Assembly (NCBI GenBank): GCA_030149205.1
Contig: JASBSB010000001.1
Location: 450,001 to 482,000, forward strand
Source of the DNA: Candidatus Heimdallarchaeota archaeon
Lineage (GTDB): Archaea > Asgardarchaeota > Heimdallarchaeia > Heimdallarchaeales > Kariarchaeaceae
Length of the DNA: 32,000 nucleotides
Direction of reading: 5' to 3'
In this document: piece by piece, positions 16,133 through 25,180 of the stretch
Layout: the number at the start of each line of letters is the position of its first letter
How positions within the stretch are numbered: the stretch's first letter is position 1
Program-made: the position numbers and the translations under genes
Notes under the pieces: generated by a model
Told to the model about the DNA's origin: nothing
The model's database searches: none
Seen by the model: only the letters and a program-made list of their open reading frames with translations

Positions 16133-18490
16133 ATGTGGGAAGAAGAGAGATTTAGAAGCCTTTGCTTCGAATTAATTAAAGCTGAAAGTGAGGAGGAGGC
16201 AAAGAGAATATTAATTGAGTATAAATTATGGAATAATAAAGATTATTGGTTCGATTACGGCAAAGATGAATTTAACTATAGGACTACTGGAAATCAACAA
16301 GCAAACGCTGATGCAGCATTAGTAGAAAAAATTATCAATTCTATCGATGCAGTTATTTTAAAAGATGCACAATTTTCTAATTTAGACCCAGAAGATCTAA
16401 ATGCTCCAAAAACTGTTGCAGAAGCAGTTGACAGGTTTTATGGAATACCTGAGGGTAAACTTATTAATGAAATAAAATCAAAACGTAAAGAATTAGCAAA
16501 AAATATTTTACTAGTAGCTTCAGGGAAAGGACAAGAGGGAAATTCACGCCCTTCTATTTCTATTATTGACCAGGGTGAAGGGCAGTACCCTGAGGATTTT
16601 GAAGATACATTTCTTTCACTTTCGGGAACAAATAAAGTAAGGACACCATACGTACAAGGAAAGTTTAATATGGGTTCAACTGGTGTACTGGAATTTTGTG
16701 GTGATCTTCATCTCCAGCTTATTCTCTCAAAAAGACATTCAATGATAACCAATGACAATGAACAAGCTCCATGGGGATTTACTATTGTTCGAAGGTTCAA
16801 AGCAACTGATAGCAATCAGATGAAATTAGACTCGTACAAATATTTAAAGATTAATGGAATCATTCCAAAATTTTTTGCTAAATCAATTAATTTACTTCCA
16901 ACCGATGGTACTTTGGATAATTACTCAAAACCCTTACATGAAGGAACTATGGTGAAAATGTATTCTTACGATCTTCCTGTTGGATTAAAATCTCAAGTTA
17001 GACAATCTTTATTCTCAAGGCTCAATATTTTATTACCCCAAATTGCCCTTCCGATTAGCGTTTATGAAAGAAGAAATTTTAAAGGTTCAGACTATTGTGT
17101 TTATCTTGAAGGTATTTACACGAGCTTGCTAGAAAACAACACAAATGTAGACAAAGAGAATATTTTTGATGGTGCGATTTATTACGAAGGAAAGAAACTT
17201 CCATACTATGTATTTATATTTTTAGCAGGAAAGCGTTCATCCTATTTCGGGAAAGAAACCATAATTCTATCAATCAACGGACAAATGCAAGGTGAATTCA
17301 AAAAATCATTGATACAGAGTGCTAACCTTGGGTATTTAGCAGACGATATGATTTTGCTGCTTGATTGCACCAATTTAGACCGATCAACTCAGCTTTCCCT
17401 TTTTATGAATAGTCGTGATAGAATTAGAGGGGAAAAAACAAAGGAATTACAGAAAATTCTGAAAGAAGAATTAAAAGGTCATCCTGGTTTAAAAATATTA
17501 AATAGAGAACGTAGAAATGAGAAAATGAGGTCACCTCCCGGAGATAGAAAAAATGTAAATGATACATTATTAAAAGTATTTCTCTATACAAAGAATATAG
17601 TTGATACCCTACCCAAGGGAGAAAATAGGTCACTTCGAAATCCAATTAATTTATCACCTCATAATTCTGAGAGCATATATAACGGTAATTTCTGGCCTAC
17701 TTTTTTTACACCTGAAAAAAAATTTACTTTAGACAATCCAAAGATTTTTTATAGAGGAAATAGTGTTAGAATTTTTTTTAAAACGGATGCTGAGAACGAT
17801 TATTTTCGAAGAAATAAACATCCTGGAAAGTATGATATATGGTCAGATTCACATGATAAACTTAAATTTAATGCTTCATTTAATTGTAGCAACGGAAGAG
17901 CTACTCTGACTATAAAAAAAATTGATAAAAACATCCAAAGTGAAACCTTAATAAGATTTAAAATAAAAGTTTTTGATGAAACCCAAGTAGTACACTATGA
18001 CTCTTTTATGCTCAAAATTGAAAATGAAAGACTAAACTCAATTTCAAACAAATCTGTTAGAAAACTACCTGCTGGTGATAAAGGGGAAGGTAATCTAGAT
18101 TCAGACAAGCATGATTTTCCTAATATTACTGAAGTATATAGAAAGGATTGGGAGGAATACGATTTTAATAAATTTTCTGCTTTAAAAGTAATAAAGAATG
18201 AAAATGGAAAATATGATTATTTTATCAATATGGACAACTATTATCTTCTTTCACATTTGAAACTTGAAAATAAGCAAAATATAGAAACAGTTAAACAGTT
18301 TTATCAAAGTGCGGTCATTTCTAATGCTGTAGGGGTCATAAACCAAATAACCAGAGAGTATGAAAACAAAGAAAACAATTTAGAAGTTGAGGACGATTTG
18401 ACTGGTAAAATTCAGGAACAGGTTATAAAAACTACTGAAGCTACGGTAATCTCATCATTGGCACTTTATGATACGTTTGTTAAAAATTAA
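16133..18490 (+). CDS. GHKL (Hsp90/MutL/MORC/TopoVI-B-like) ATPase, 785 aa
   Basis: N-box ALVEKIINSIDA, G1 ISIIDQGEGQ, G2 QGKFNMGSTG, G3 GTMVK; starts 2 nt after the DGQHR stop. Confidence 0.85.
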   Translation: MWEEERFRSLCFELIKAESEEEAKRILIEYKLWNNKDYWFDYGKDEFNYRTTGNQQANADAALVEKIINSIDAVILKDAQFSNLDPEDLNAPKTVAEAVDRFYGIPEGKLINEIKSKRKELAKNILLVASGKGQEGNSRPSISIIDQGEGQYPEDFEDTFLSLSGTNKVRTPYVQGKFNMGSTGVLEFCGDLHLQLILSKRHSMITNDNEQAPWGFTIVRRFKATDSNQMKLDSYKYLKINGIIPKFFAKSINLLPTDGTLDNYSKPLHEGTMVKMYSYDLPVGLKSQVRQSLFSRLNILLPQIALPISVYERRNFKGSDYCVYLEGIYTSLLENNTNVDKENIFDGAIYYEGKKLPYYVFIFLAGKRSSYFGKETIILSINGQMQGEFKKSLIQSANLGYLADDMILLLDCTNLDRSTQLSLFMNSRDRIRGEKTKELQKILKEELKGHPGLKILNRERRNEKMRSPPGDRKNVNDTLLKVFLYTKNIVDTLPKGENRSLRNPINLSPHNSESIYNGNFWPTFFTPEKKFTLDNPKIFYRGNSVRIFFKTDAENDYFRRNKHPGKYDIWSDSHDKLKFNASFNCSNGRATLTIKKIDKNIQSETLIRFKIKVFDETQVVHYDSFMLKIENERLNSISNKSVRKLPAGDKGEGNLDSDKHDFPNITEVYRKDWEEYDFNKFSALKVIKNENGKYDYFINMDNYYLLSHLKLENKQNIETVKQFYQSAVISNAVGVINQITREYENKENNLEVEDDLTGKIQEQVIKTTEATVISSLALYDTFVKN

Positions 18491-18881
18491 ACTGAGGTCA
18501 AATGTAAGTGTGGGAAATTCCTTCTGATCCGAATACCTAAAATTATGATAAATATGACTTAATCTCAACTGGTTGTAAATAGTTTTTCAAAGTGTTATCG
18601 ATTTATATTTATAATATTGATTTACATTTATTTTTTCTATAAGAATATATAGACGGTTAGAAATTATTCTTTGGCAACCAATCAAAAAAGTTTGTTTTTA
18701 TTTTATATTCTGTCTAATTTAAATACATTCAGATAAATAGAAATAAACAATTAGCTATATATTTTTATATTTAATCAATGTCTTTATAGCAATAAGACTC
18801 TTAAATAATAAAACATGAATGTAACAATGGTCACAAAAACCCAGATTCTCTACCTTCATTCAAATTGTAATCAATTTTTTA

Positions 18882-19625
18882 TTAAGATTTTGTAAGCTCA
18901 TATTTTTCTAAAAGATGAAGTTGAGTCGGCTTTGAGAGATACTTACATGCTTCTCTAAGTTCCGTTTTTGTAAGTGATTCAACATTTTGTTCTAAAAACT
19001 TCTCCACTATTGATAAATTTTGTTTTGAAAGGGTACGTACGACCCAAGGAATTCCCTTTCTGACATAATAATTGGGATCATTTTTAAGTACATCAATGTT
19101 TCGAATAACATAGGGATGAGTATCCCTATTCTTTAGATGCTTTAGGTAAAAGGTAATAGAAAGTCTTCGAAACCAAAAATTATCATGAAATGTCCAACCT
19201 TCCACTCTTTTGATTATGTCAGCATTCAATGGGATGTATCCGAAGACATTGATACACATATGATCAGCAGTTGTCCAATGATCAATTTTGGGTATCCAAT
19301 TTTCCTCAAGAAAGTAAAAAAGCGTTGAATCGACCTGTTTTTTCAGCCGCTCAATAATGAAAAATAAAACAAGAAGTGTTTCAGTGTGCTCAGCCTTAGA
19401 ATAAAGCAGATTGAGTTGTTCCAGATTCTCCGATAGGACTGGTTGATGGGTTTTGACAAGATATGAGGCATATCTCTTGAGTTTTCCATTTGAGATCCCC
19501 AACCCTGATAGCCTGGTGGGAGGACCTACCTTTGCAATTTTAATAAATTGTGATTTACTCTCTGCATTTTGGTCTGGTGTACTCGGATTTTTTAACCAGA
19601 GAGTTAACTCTTCAACCCAATCCAT
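18882..19625 (-). CDS. DNA alkylation repair protein, AlkD-like HEAT-repeat glycosylase family
   Basis: IDHWTTADH, FWFRRLSI, DPNYYVRKGIPWVVRTLSK motifs. Confidence 0.85.
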   Translation of the reverse strand: MDWVEELTLWLKNPSTPDQNAESKSQFIKIAKVGPPTRLSGLGISNGKLKRYASYLVKTHQPVLSENLEQLNLLYSKAEHTETLLVLFFIIERLKKQVDSTLFYFLEENWIPKIDHWTTADHMCINVFGYIPLNADIIKRVEGWTFHDNFWFRRLSITFYLKHLKNRDTHPYVIRNIDVLKNDPNYYVRKGIPWVVRTLSKQNLSIVEKFLEQNVESLTKTELREACKYLSKPTQLHLLEKYELTKS

Positions 19626-19796
19626 AAGAGAATATTAACCCAACATCACTTAAAAACCTCTAGTCTCTTTCCTTAGAATTTTTGATGATTGTCCCCTAGA
19701 TCAACCATTAGCACTAAATTATTTGAGTATGTTTTGTCCACTTTCAGACAATTAAATTTTTGTAAAAAGTTAATCATAGGTGATAATGATAATAAA

Positions 19797-19804
19797 TTTT
19801 AAAT
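19797..19804 (+). promoter_or_regulatory. Archaeal TATA box of tRNA-Lys
   Basis: TTTTAAAT 53 nt upstream of the tRNA 5' end. Confidence 0.55.
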
Positions 19805-19849
19805 GAGAGAGTTATACTCTGAATTTGGTTACTTGTAAAGCAATCATTT

Positions 19850-19923
19850 GGGCCAGTAGCTCAGCCTGGCAGAGCGATGGACTCTTAATCCATTGGTCGA
19901 GGGTTCAAATCCCTTCTGGCTCA
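19850..19923 (+). tRNA. trnK: tRNA-Lys(CUU), intron-less
   Basis: GGGCCAG/CTGGCTC acceptor; ATGGA-CT-CTT-AA-TCCAT anticodon arm (CTT at 19884-19886); GAGGG-TTCAAAT-CCCTT. Confidence 0.96.
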
Positions 19924-19997
19924 TTATTATTGTTATTTTGATTGAATTAAACATCACTACAAAAGATTAATATTGTAATCTAGAATTTACCACTTCT

Positions 19998-20657
19998 CTA
20001 CTTAAATGAGAGAACTCTAGCCCTTTTATTAAAGTACTTTCTCTTGATGCTGACTAATATCATGACCAAAGGAAGTATCTCTAGTCCAGTTAGTGGTAAC
20101 GGATTTTTCTGAGTTGTTCTGATCGAAAGTTTCGGCTCGACAATTGGTACCCATGCACGAGATTCTTCGTAATTTATGGATATATTTACTGCTGAACTTC
20201 CTGTTCCTTCAACATGAAATTTTATTTTTATTTTTTGCAATTCATCACCATTATTCTTAGATGGTGATCTATGAAGGTCATGATAAAATCCAGCGAGGTC
20301 TAGAAATTCAGATGACTTCCCATTCAATTTTTCCCAACTGTAATAAAAATTTGAACGATTAGGATATGATGGATTTTCAGTTTCATTAATCAAATAAATG
20401 AAGAAAATTTTTAAATTTCCCGTATAGCTAAGTTGAGTTAAATTCACTATAAGAAACCATCGAATATATGTCAAGTTTTTGGTGTTGATCCATTGTGTTG
20501 TCAAATTAAGCATTGGAAATTCAAAAATATAGTGGAAATCACCTGGAGAATTAAAATTAACAATTTTCTCTTGATGGGAATTAAGGGCACTCGATTCATT
20601 AGTTGTAGAAGATGACAACAGCAGGACACCTATTATCATAAGGCCAAACACTTTCAA
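19998..20657 (-). CDS. Surface protein with signal peptide and C-terminal NPLP-hydrophobic-basic anchor
   Basis: N-terminal MKVFGLMIIGVLLLSS; beta-rich middle region; C-terminal NPLPLTGLEILPLVMILVSIKRK. Confidence 0.75.
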   Translation of the reverse strand: MKVFGLMIIGVLLLSSSTTNESSALNSHQEKIVNFNSPGDFHYIFEFPMLNLTTQWINTKNLTYIRWFLIVNLTQLSYTGNLKIFFIYLINETENPSYPNRSNFYYSWEKLNGKSSEFLDLAGFYHDLHRSPSKNNGDELQKIKIKFHVEGTGSSAVNISINYEESRAWVPIVEPKLSIRTTQKNPLPLTGLEILPLVMILVSIKRKYFNKRARVLSFK

Positions 20658-20802
20658 TCCAAATACCTAATAAATTATTACAGAGAAGTACTTATTAATT
20701 TTTCCTATGCCTTAGAAAGATTCATTAGTATTACGTTGCATGTGTAAATTGAATTGTTATAAAGCTGAAACAGGACTAAAGGAGAGAAATTATAAGAACA
20801 AT

Positions 20803-21867
20803 TTAGAAACCATTTTTGCCAGAAATAAATCCTTCAAAGTTTGTTTTGGCTTGGGCAAGTGGTACTGTTACTGGAGGAGCTTTAAACAGATATGGTGCAG
20901 GTCCAGAGACTGGCCCTTTAGCAACAGTGTTTATAGCAATTTTCATTGTTCTGATTGCATCAGCCAAACTTGCTGCACCATTAGAACCATCAACAGATTC
21001 CATTCTGATATCTAAAGTCACAGGCTGACCCAAGAACCCTTTTCCTGCCACCCAGTAGTTTCCAATTCTTAAGGAACCTAAAAACTCAAGATAATCAGTG
21101 GTACCAGCAGCAACCTCGAAATTATAATCAAGTGCTTGTTTGATTGAGTGTTCCTTCACAGACCTCTTGTAATTTCTACGGTCAAAATCCAATGTTGTAA
21201 GTCCTTCCAACCCACCAGAGACATCTAACTGATAGGTCTCTTTAACATGGACACCGATGTCCTTCAACACCTGAAGTAGTCCTTTGTGGAACGAGGTTCC
21301 TCCTGCCTGAGACTGTAAGTCATCTCCTAAAATTGGCAGACTTGCTTCTCTGAACTTTCTTGCCCAAACACTGTTTCTGGCTAGAGGGGTGGGAGTTGCA
21401 TTTATTACACCGATTTTCGCTTTCAGGGCAGCCTCGGCAAACATCTCTGCTGTCTGTACTGCACCAGATGGCGTTGCTATTACCAGCATTTCAGCCCCAC
21501 TGTTTTCTAACACCTTGACAACATCAACATCCTTGGAATCTGAGACTTTAAGTTCTCCTCTTGCAGTTTCTGCAACTCCATCTAATGTTGGGGATTTTTG
21601 AACGATGACATGAGTGGTTTCTAGCTCCACAACCATGTCCATTTTGTTAGGAGCAGCAAATATAGCCTCAGAAAGGTCTTTTCCAACCTTTCGCTCATCT
21701 ATGTCGAAAGCTGCTACAACCTTTATATCCTCGATTTGAAATCCTCCAATTTTGGGATGGAGAAGGTCGTCTTGGTTTTTATGATCTGAGTAATATTTTA
21801 TACCTTGAACTAAGCCATTTACGAGGTTTCCAACGCCAGCTACTGCAACTTTGATTCTGTCTTCCAT
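20803..21867 (-). CDS. Inositol-3-phosphate synthase paralogue, divergent
   Basis: IKVAVAGVGN, VAAFDIDERKVGKDLSEAIFAAPN, GDDLQSQ, FKAPP; several active-site motifs altered relative to the upstream copy. Confidence 0.8.
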   Translation of the reverse strand: MEDRIKVAVAGVGNLVNGLVQGIKYYSDHKNQDDLLHPKIGGFQIEDIKVVAAFDIDERKVGKDLSEAIFAAPNKMDMVVELETTHVIVQKSPTLDGVAETARGELKVSDSKDVDVVKVLENSGAEMLVIATPSGAVQTAEMFAEAALKAKIGVINATPTPLARNSVWARKFREASLPILGDDLQSQAGGTSFHKGLLQVLKDIGVHVKETYQLDVSGGLEGLTTLDFDRRNYKRSVKEHSIKQALDYNFEVAAGTTDYLEFLGSLRIGNYWVAGKGFLGQPVTLDIRMESVDGSNGAASLADAIRTMKIAINTVAKGPVSGPAPYLFKAPPVTVPLAQAKTNFEGFISGKNGF

Positions 21868-21872
21868 CTTAA

Positions 21873-22955
21873 TTACCTCTCTAAATCTCCTTGAATGAAT
21901 TTTTCTATGTTCTCCCTTGCTTCAAAATCGGGAACTTGAACAGGAGGATGTTTAAAAGCATAAGAGCTCATTGTGATGAGTGGACCCCCTATACCTCTGT
22001 CCTGTGCAATTGCAAGTGCGCGAATAACATCTATCATAACTCCTGCAGAATTTGGGGAGTCTTGAACTGAGAGTTTGAGATTTACAGTCACATGTTGATC
22101 ACCGAAATTTCTTCCCTCAGCATTGATATAACATACCTTGTTATCCTTTAGAAATGGCACATAATCAGATGGGCCTATTCTAACAGGGATTTCATAAGGT
22201 AATACTGAGGTCACTGCCTCAGTCTTTGAGATCCTCTTGGTCGTTAATCTACCCTCATGTTTCATGTTCTCAAAATCTGTGTTTCCACCAATGTTTAGCT
22301 GATGGGTTCGATCCACAGCAATTCCTCTATCCTTCATAAGTTGCATTAGTACTCTGTGCAAAATTGTTGCTCCTAACTGTGACTTGATGTCATCACCAGC
22401 ACAGGGGATTCCGGCAGCCTCAAATTTCTTTGACCACTCAGAGTCTGAGACTATGAAAGAGGGGATACCATTGGCAAATGCCACACCTGCGTCTAATGCA
22501 GCCTGAGCATATATTTTTGTGGCAGATTCAGAGCCAACAGGTAGAAAATTAACCAGCACATCTACTTTCCTTTCCTTTAAGACATCAGCAACGTTTACAG
22601 CCTTGGTTTTATCTTCGTCATAACAGAAGAAGGATTCTTTCATGTGAGGAGCAACACCATCAGAGATGGGTCCAGGTTGTACAATGACACCTAACTTAGG
22701 AACCTCTGAAAACTTGTTCACACAGTTAGGTGACTCCCATATGGCTTCTGAAACGTCCTTTCCGATTTTTTTTGAGTTCACCTCAAATACTGCAACAATT
22801 TCTAAGTCATGAATATGATATGGCCCAAATCTAACATGCATTAATCCGGGAATGGTTTGATGATCATCTGCATCCTTATAATAATACAAACCTTGAATAA
22901 TTGAAGCTGCACAGTTCCCTAAACCTGCGATAGCCACTCTGATTTTACGTGTCAT
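21873..22955 (-). CDS. ino1: Inositol-3-phosphate synthase (MIPS), canonical prokaryotic type
   Basis: VAIAGLGNCA, NFLPVGSE, GDDIKSQLGAT, QLNIGGNTDF, KRISKT, IGPSDYVPFLKDNK, QDSPNSAG, FKHPP. Confidence 0.95.
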   Translation of the reverse strand: MTRKIRVAIAGLGNCAASIIQGLYYYKDADDHQTIPGLMHVRFGPYHIHDLEIVAVFEVNSKKIGKDVSEAIWESPNCVNKFSEVPKLGVIVQPGPISDGVAPHMKESFFCYDEDKTKAVNVADVLKERKVDVLVNFLPVGSESATKIYAQAALDAGVAFANGIPSFIVSDSEWSKKFEAAGIPCAGDDIKSQLGATILHRVLMQLMKDRGIAVDRTHQLNIGGNTDFENMKHEGRLTTKRISKTEAVTSVLPYEIPVRIGPSDYVPFLKDNKVCYINAEGRNFGDQHVTVNLKLSVQDSPNSAGVMIDVIRALAIAQDRGIGGPLITMSSYAFKHPPVQVPDFEARENIEKFIQGDLER

Positions 22956-23080
22956 ATTATCTACCTTTTCTAGTCATCACATATTATTTGTTCATAAAAG
23001 TAAAGCGGTAGGTAGTCACACTTCAGTTAATTTCTAAGCGTCAAAAATTGTTAAACAATCCTTAGAGATGTTGCTTTTGC

Positions 23081-23791
23081 CTACGAAAGACCAGTCCATG
23101 TCTCATTTGCCAATTCAAAATCTTTTTGTGTATCAATTGACATCCAAAACATTTCATCGGAGAGCTGATAAACCGCAAACTGTTTCTCCTCTACTAAATC
23201 TAAGAAAATCGTGTCCTCCATCTGACCCTTATCAGGAAATCTTTGGATAATTGTGCTGTTGATGATATCCACTCCAGCATGTATAGGAACGTTAAGCCTC
23301 GGCTTTTCCTCAAATGCTGTAATTATAGATTCCTTGATATGCAATATCCCGTAGGGTGAAGTCATGTTTACAGCCAACATGGTTGCCAGCACATTCATCT
23401 TTTCATGCATTTCTTTCATCTCAGTAAAATCAAAATTGGTTAATACGTCCCCATTGCTTATAGCTATCTGGTCTGAGCTTGTATATTGGCCAGCCTGTTT
23501 GATAGCACCCCCACTGCCTAGTTTCTCTTTTTCAACTGAATAAGATAGTTCAATAGATCCAAACTCAGTTTCAAACTGTCTCCCAAAGTGCTGTTCAATC
23601 TTTTCAGCAAGGTGGCCAGTAGCCAACACAAGATGTTGAAATCCATTTTTGGCATACCAGTTCATTTCCCACTCAAGTATTGATTTATCCCCTATTTTTG
23701 TCAGGGCTTTGGGGATTTCATTCATTGTTACACTCCGTAGCCTTGTACCTTTTCCACCTACTAAAATTATTCCCTCTGAAATTTTCGACAT
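23081..23791 (-). CDS. NDP-sugar pyrophosphorylase / nucleotidyltransferase (mannose-1-phosphate guanylyltransferase-like)
   Basis: LVGGKGTRLR...PKALTKIG, VEKEKLGSGGAI, NGDVLT, FEEKP, WMSIDT. Confidence 0.88.
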   Translation of the reverse strand: MSKISEGIILVGGKGTRLRSVTMNEIPKALTKIGDKSILEWEMNWYAKNGFQHLVLATGHLAEKIEQHFGRQFETEFGSIELSYSVEKEKLGSGGAIKQAGQYTSSDQIAISNGDVLTNFDFTEMKEMHEKMNVLATMLAVNMTSPYGILHIKESIITAFEEKPRLNVPIHAGVDIINSTIIQRFPDKGQMEDTIFLDLVEEKQFAVYQLSDEMFWMSIDTQKDFELANETWTGLS

Positions 23792-23826
23792 AAGCTAACC
23801 TGAACTTTAAGATAAAAAATTTTGTC

Positions 23827-25179
23827 TTATACATTCACATCATTGAATGAAGATTGAAACCTTCTTAGGAATCTCAAGAGAGATATCTTCAAATACTCGA
23901 TTTTTAGTGACAACAATAAGCTCAAGACATAGGTCACTACATTTAATATTATGATGTGGGAGTTTATCTGATTCCAAGTCTGCATCGGAACATAGTTACC
24001 ATTATTTAGCTGGTTCATTAGAGAATGAAACACTGACCTGCTTATGCCATAAAATGGTAGGATTAAGGTAAAATACATTGAAAAAATCAAAACCATGAAA
24101 ATTATTGCAAAACCAACTTGTAGGTAGGGGTTTGAAAGGAGCCAATCAATCAGACTGTATAGAAATATAAGGACAAACAAAGAGAGAGAGGTCAGAAAGA
24201 TTACCCAGATAAATGAACTTTGCGATGGTGTAATTCCCTCAGTGGAAGGGAACAGAAGATATCTAACAACACTGTATAATGTAACGGGAATCCAAATGAT
24301 TAAGAATAAAGCAACAGTTCTTGACAATATCTTAATTGGTAGAGAGATAGGGTACGATTTTTCATGATACAAGCGCCCTCTGTACTCATCAAGATAGGTA
24401 GCGTAATGGAGTAAAGGTATAGCCACACTTGTGGCGATCAGATAACTCTGAAAAAAGTGGCTGAAAAGCTGGAGAAGCTGAATATCTGGAGAAAATATCA
24501 CCTGATTAGAACCCCTTGGTGTGAAATTTGCAGAAAATTCAAAGATAAAATCGCGGTAACCCCCTAACAGATACATTTGTATCAGAAGCAAAGGAAAGAT
24601 TAGAAGTATTGGTTGAACTTTATAAATTTCCGTTTTCACAGTAGAATACAACATGAGAATTCTGTTAGGATTTGATCCTTTTTTCAATCTATCAACTTTA
24701 GCTGAAGATCGATTATAAAATGAAATCAGAATGGTACCCACCACCAGAATCCCAGACAGGAACAGTCCAAAAAGATATGGCGGAGAGGCCCCTGAGACAA
24801 CAATCGAATAATCTACTTCGACACTCTGCTTTCCTTGAAAGAAAATTATATCTATAACCCCTTGACTTGATGCCACAAATTCCAGAGATATAGAATCCTT
24901 GATTATCCCCTGAAAAATAGTTACTGAAGTTCTAGAACTTCTAAATGTGATGGACATGTTTGAAGGCAATGATACTTTGATGTGGATAATCACCCTCTGA
25001 CCAATGTTTGCTGAAGAACCCTTTAAAAAAAAGGGATTATTTTTAATGTCGGAAGAAATAGGGATTGTGGTAGTTTCTGTTGTGGTTTGTGGGATAAAAC
25101 CTATTATAACCCAACCTAAAAATATCAGGAATATCATTGCGACTGAAATAGTTAAATTATATCTACGGTAGTTTATCAT
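23827..25179 (-). CDS. ABC-2-type exporter permease with an extracellular beta-rich domain
   Basis: N-terminal TM segment, soluble domain, then multiple TM segments with KSYPIS; in an operon with an ABC ATPase. Confidence 0.6.
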   Translation of the reverse strand: MINYRRYNLTISVAMIFLIFLGWVIIGFIPQTTTETTTIPISSDIKNNPFFLKGSSANIGQRVIIHIKVSLPSNMSITFRSSRTSVTIFQGIIKDSISLEFVASSQGVIDIIFFQGKQSVEVDYSIVVSGASPPYLFGLFLSGILVVGTILISFYNRSSAKVDRLKKGSNPNRILMLYSTVKTEIYKVQPILLIFPLLLIQMYLLGGYRDFIFEFSANFTPRGSNQVIFSPDIQLLQLFSHFFQSYLIATSVAIPLLHYATYLDEYRGRLYHEKSYPISLPIKILSRTVALFLIIWIPVTLYSVVRYLLFPSTEGITPSQSSFIWVIFLTSLSLFVLIFLYSLIDWLLSNPYLQVGFAIIFMVLIFSMYFTLILPFYGISRSVFHSLMNQLNNGNYVPMQTWNQINSHIIILNVVTYVLSLLLSLKIEYLKISLLRFLRRFQSSFNDVNV

Positions 25180-25180
25180 G

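Noticed and set aside
13427-18490. Calling the cassette a complete Dnd or Dpd system
   Set aside because: Only the DGQHR component is present; no DndA/C/D/E, DpdA or other modification genes are seen.
18491-18560. Small C-x-C-G zinc-ribbon-like peptide after the GHKL gene
   Set aside because: No start codon, only about 23 codons and no second Cys pair.
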